Source of the DNA: Azolla caroliniana
Taxonomy: Eukaryota > Plantae > Polypodiophyta
Assembly (NCBI GenBank): GCA_043228905.1
Contig: JBHGNT010000016.1
Location: forward strand, 2,480,001 to 2,544,000
DNA length: 64,000 bases
Reading direction: 5' to 3'
The number at the start of each line of letters is the position of its first letter. The stretch's first letter is position 1. Below the pieces are notes generated by a model. The model was given only the letters and a program-made list of their open reading frames with translations. It searched no databases and had not been told where the DNA came from. Below, piece by piece: positions 62,101 to 64,000 of the stretch. Made by a program: the position numbers and the translations under genes.

Positions 62101-64000
62101 AGACAATCAAACAATCACATGGATCTCATACTCCAATTATATCATTAAACCCAATAACTTATACAATGGGGATGGTAAAACTTTAGCTCATTAGAGCACA
62201 AATTTGAGTAGAGTTTTGACATAATAATCCGATGGCTCAAACAATTGAGCATATGGTAGACACATCATGTGTCCCTTATGAAATTGCAAGGTGTTTTCAA
62301 GTCCTTGTCCTTACTTTCAATAGATAATCGTAAGCTCTTTGAAGGGCTCAACACTTGATTGGCCTTCCTTGAGGTTTTAGAATAATTATATGGTATAGGT
62401 TGCATTTTTTGACTCAGTATAAGAGTTTGTTATTTCCTCCATTTTATTCAAGAGGTTGTTCAAATACTACCTCCTTAGGCCTCACTCGAATATATTACAA
62501 TTTGCATTGCACATGCATCAAATTCTAGTTGATTTCATATTCTCGGGTCATGCCAACTCCCAATCTCCTACTTAGAAGCCCATTTCAATTGTGTTGATTA
62601 GGTATTACCAATTTCAAGGGGTTTGAAAAAGCGAGCCACTTGAATTAAGTCCACCGACTATTGTGGACTTTCATTTCTTCGAGTCTTCTTTGAGACAATC
62701 TCTTTATGATGGTTTCCAAGTTGCAAAAATCCCCTTGCATATGCTCCTTTACTTTGAGTGCTTTTGAGCATTGAGTTCTGTATATTGTTTCATGGGGTTT
62801 TACCTCACATTGGGATTCCCCACTGGTAATATGCATTGCTAAAAAAGGAGCCACTTCAATTGCCTCGTCATGGTACACTTATTGTTGCTGACTTTCAAAG
62901 TTGATAGCAATTAGCACCTGACTCTGGTCTTTAGAGAGGGACCAAGAACATATCTAGATTTTAATACATTATCATTGCCTTCAAAGAATGCAATGACCTT
63001 TAACATTCAACTTTATGTGTGTTTGGATCAATTTTCTTGCAATAATACAAATCCCGGTTTTCATTTACTAAATGCAAGATATGACAACTTTTTGACCTTC
63101 ATGAGTAGGTCCTTCGCTTTTTTCAGTCACTTGTTACATAGAGAAACATATAAGCTTTTACAGCTTTAGATAAGGATAAAGCTTTTTTGCTTTTCTCAAG
63201 TAGATTTTATCCCTCTCTCGTGAGAAGCACCCCTTGGAGATTCTCACTTTGCTGTCCTAGATGTTCTCTAACTATCTTGATATGTAGAGAATGTGCAAGT
63301 TTTTCTTGACTTCAAATTAAGGTGAGGATATTTGCTTTTTCCATAGATTTACCCGTAACTTCATTTCCATTGCATAATCGCGAAGCTTCCCCACTTTTGT
63401 GAGCAAGGACTAGGTCCTCTCTTCTCCTATAGAGTCTCTTGTTATATCGTGAAAACATCTACGATCCCACTCCGTTAGGGTGAAGTGCAAAGCATGGTTT
63501 TGCTTTTCTCACCCCCGTCCATCTTATGGATACACACTCTTTCTTTTCTGGAAAAAGGAACACGAGAAACATTGGTGAGGAGGGATGTGTGAGGTCCATG
63601 AGAAGTGTTGCATGTGTGAGCCCGAAGCTCCGACGGGAAGAACACAAGAAGGATCTAGGACAAAATAAGGACGGGTACATATGTATCGCAAAGAGCTGTA
63701 AAAGAAGAAACAAACCAACCCTAGGGAGAGCGAAGGCAAGACAGTTGTTTCAGAAAGTGCAAGGATTGGGCTCCGGGAAGAAGTCACAACTGAGAAACAG
63801 ATAACTTCGGGCTGGCGACCAATTCACGAGGGGCCGATAATTTAGAACAAAAACCATCGTCCTTCTGGGTCTCTCTCTTTATCCCCATTATTTGCAACCA
63901 ATTGTTTCATGGGCCAGATTTGGTCTTAGAAGAGACTGAATATATATCTTTCTTTCTTTCTTTTAGGGCACACAAGAGACTCTTTTTACACATTAAAATC

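Overview
AT-rich, repeat-laden eukaryotic DNA from a land plant; a non-seed plant such as a fern is my inference from gene and transposon style. Host genes: the 5' part of an EF-hand plus ZZ-type zinc-finger gene running off the left edge (- strand, absent from the ORF track); an intronless, GC-rich 569-aa GMC oxidoreductase of pyranose-oxidase-like type (7304-9013, candidate horizontal transfer); and a tail-to-tail pair of multi-exon housekeeping genes, APC6/CDC16 (+, 15434-22335) and tubulin-folding cofactor D (-, 24243-35913). The rest is nested transposon debris: a truncated Ty3/gypsy LTR plus gag, several decayed LINEs, a truncated Ty1/copia, hAT- and Mutator-type non-autonomous elements, a solo LTR, tandem repeats, and a near-complete GC-rich Ty3/gypsy (48609-55109) inserted in a LINE. 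Most notable: (1) a -1 ribosomal frameshift signal (G GAU UUU UAG plus a predicted pseudoknot) between protease and RT of that gypsy; (2) the GMC oxidoreductase; (3) a repeat built from two convergent tRNA-derived Pol III promoter modules. All calls were read by eye with no database searches; exon and decayed-element boundaries are approximate.
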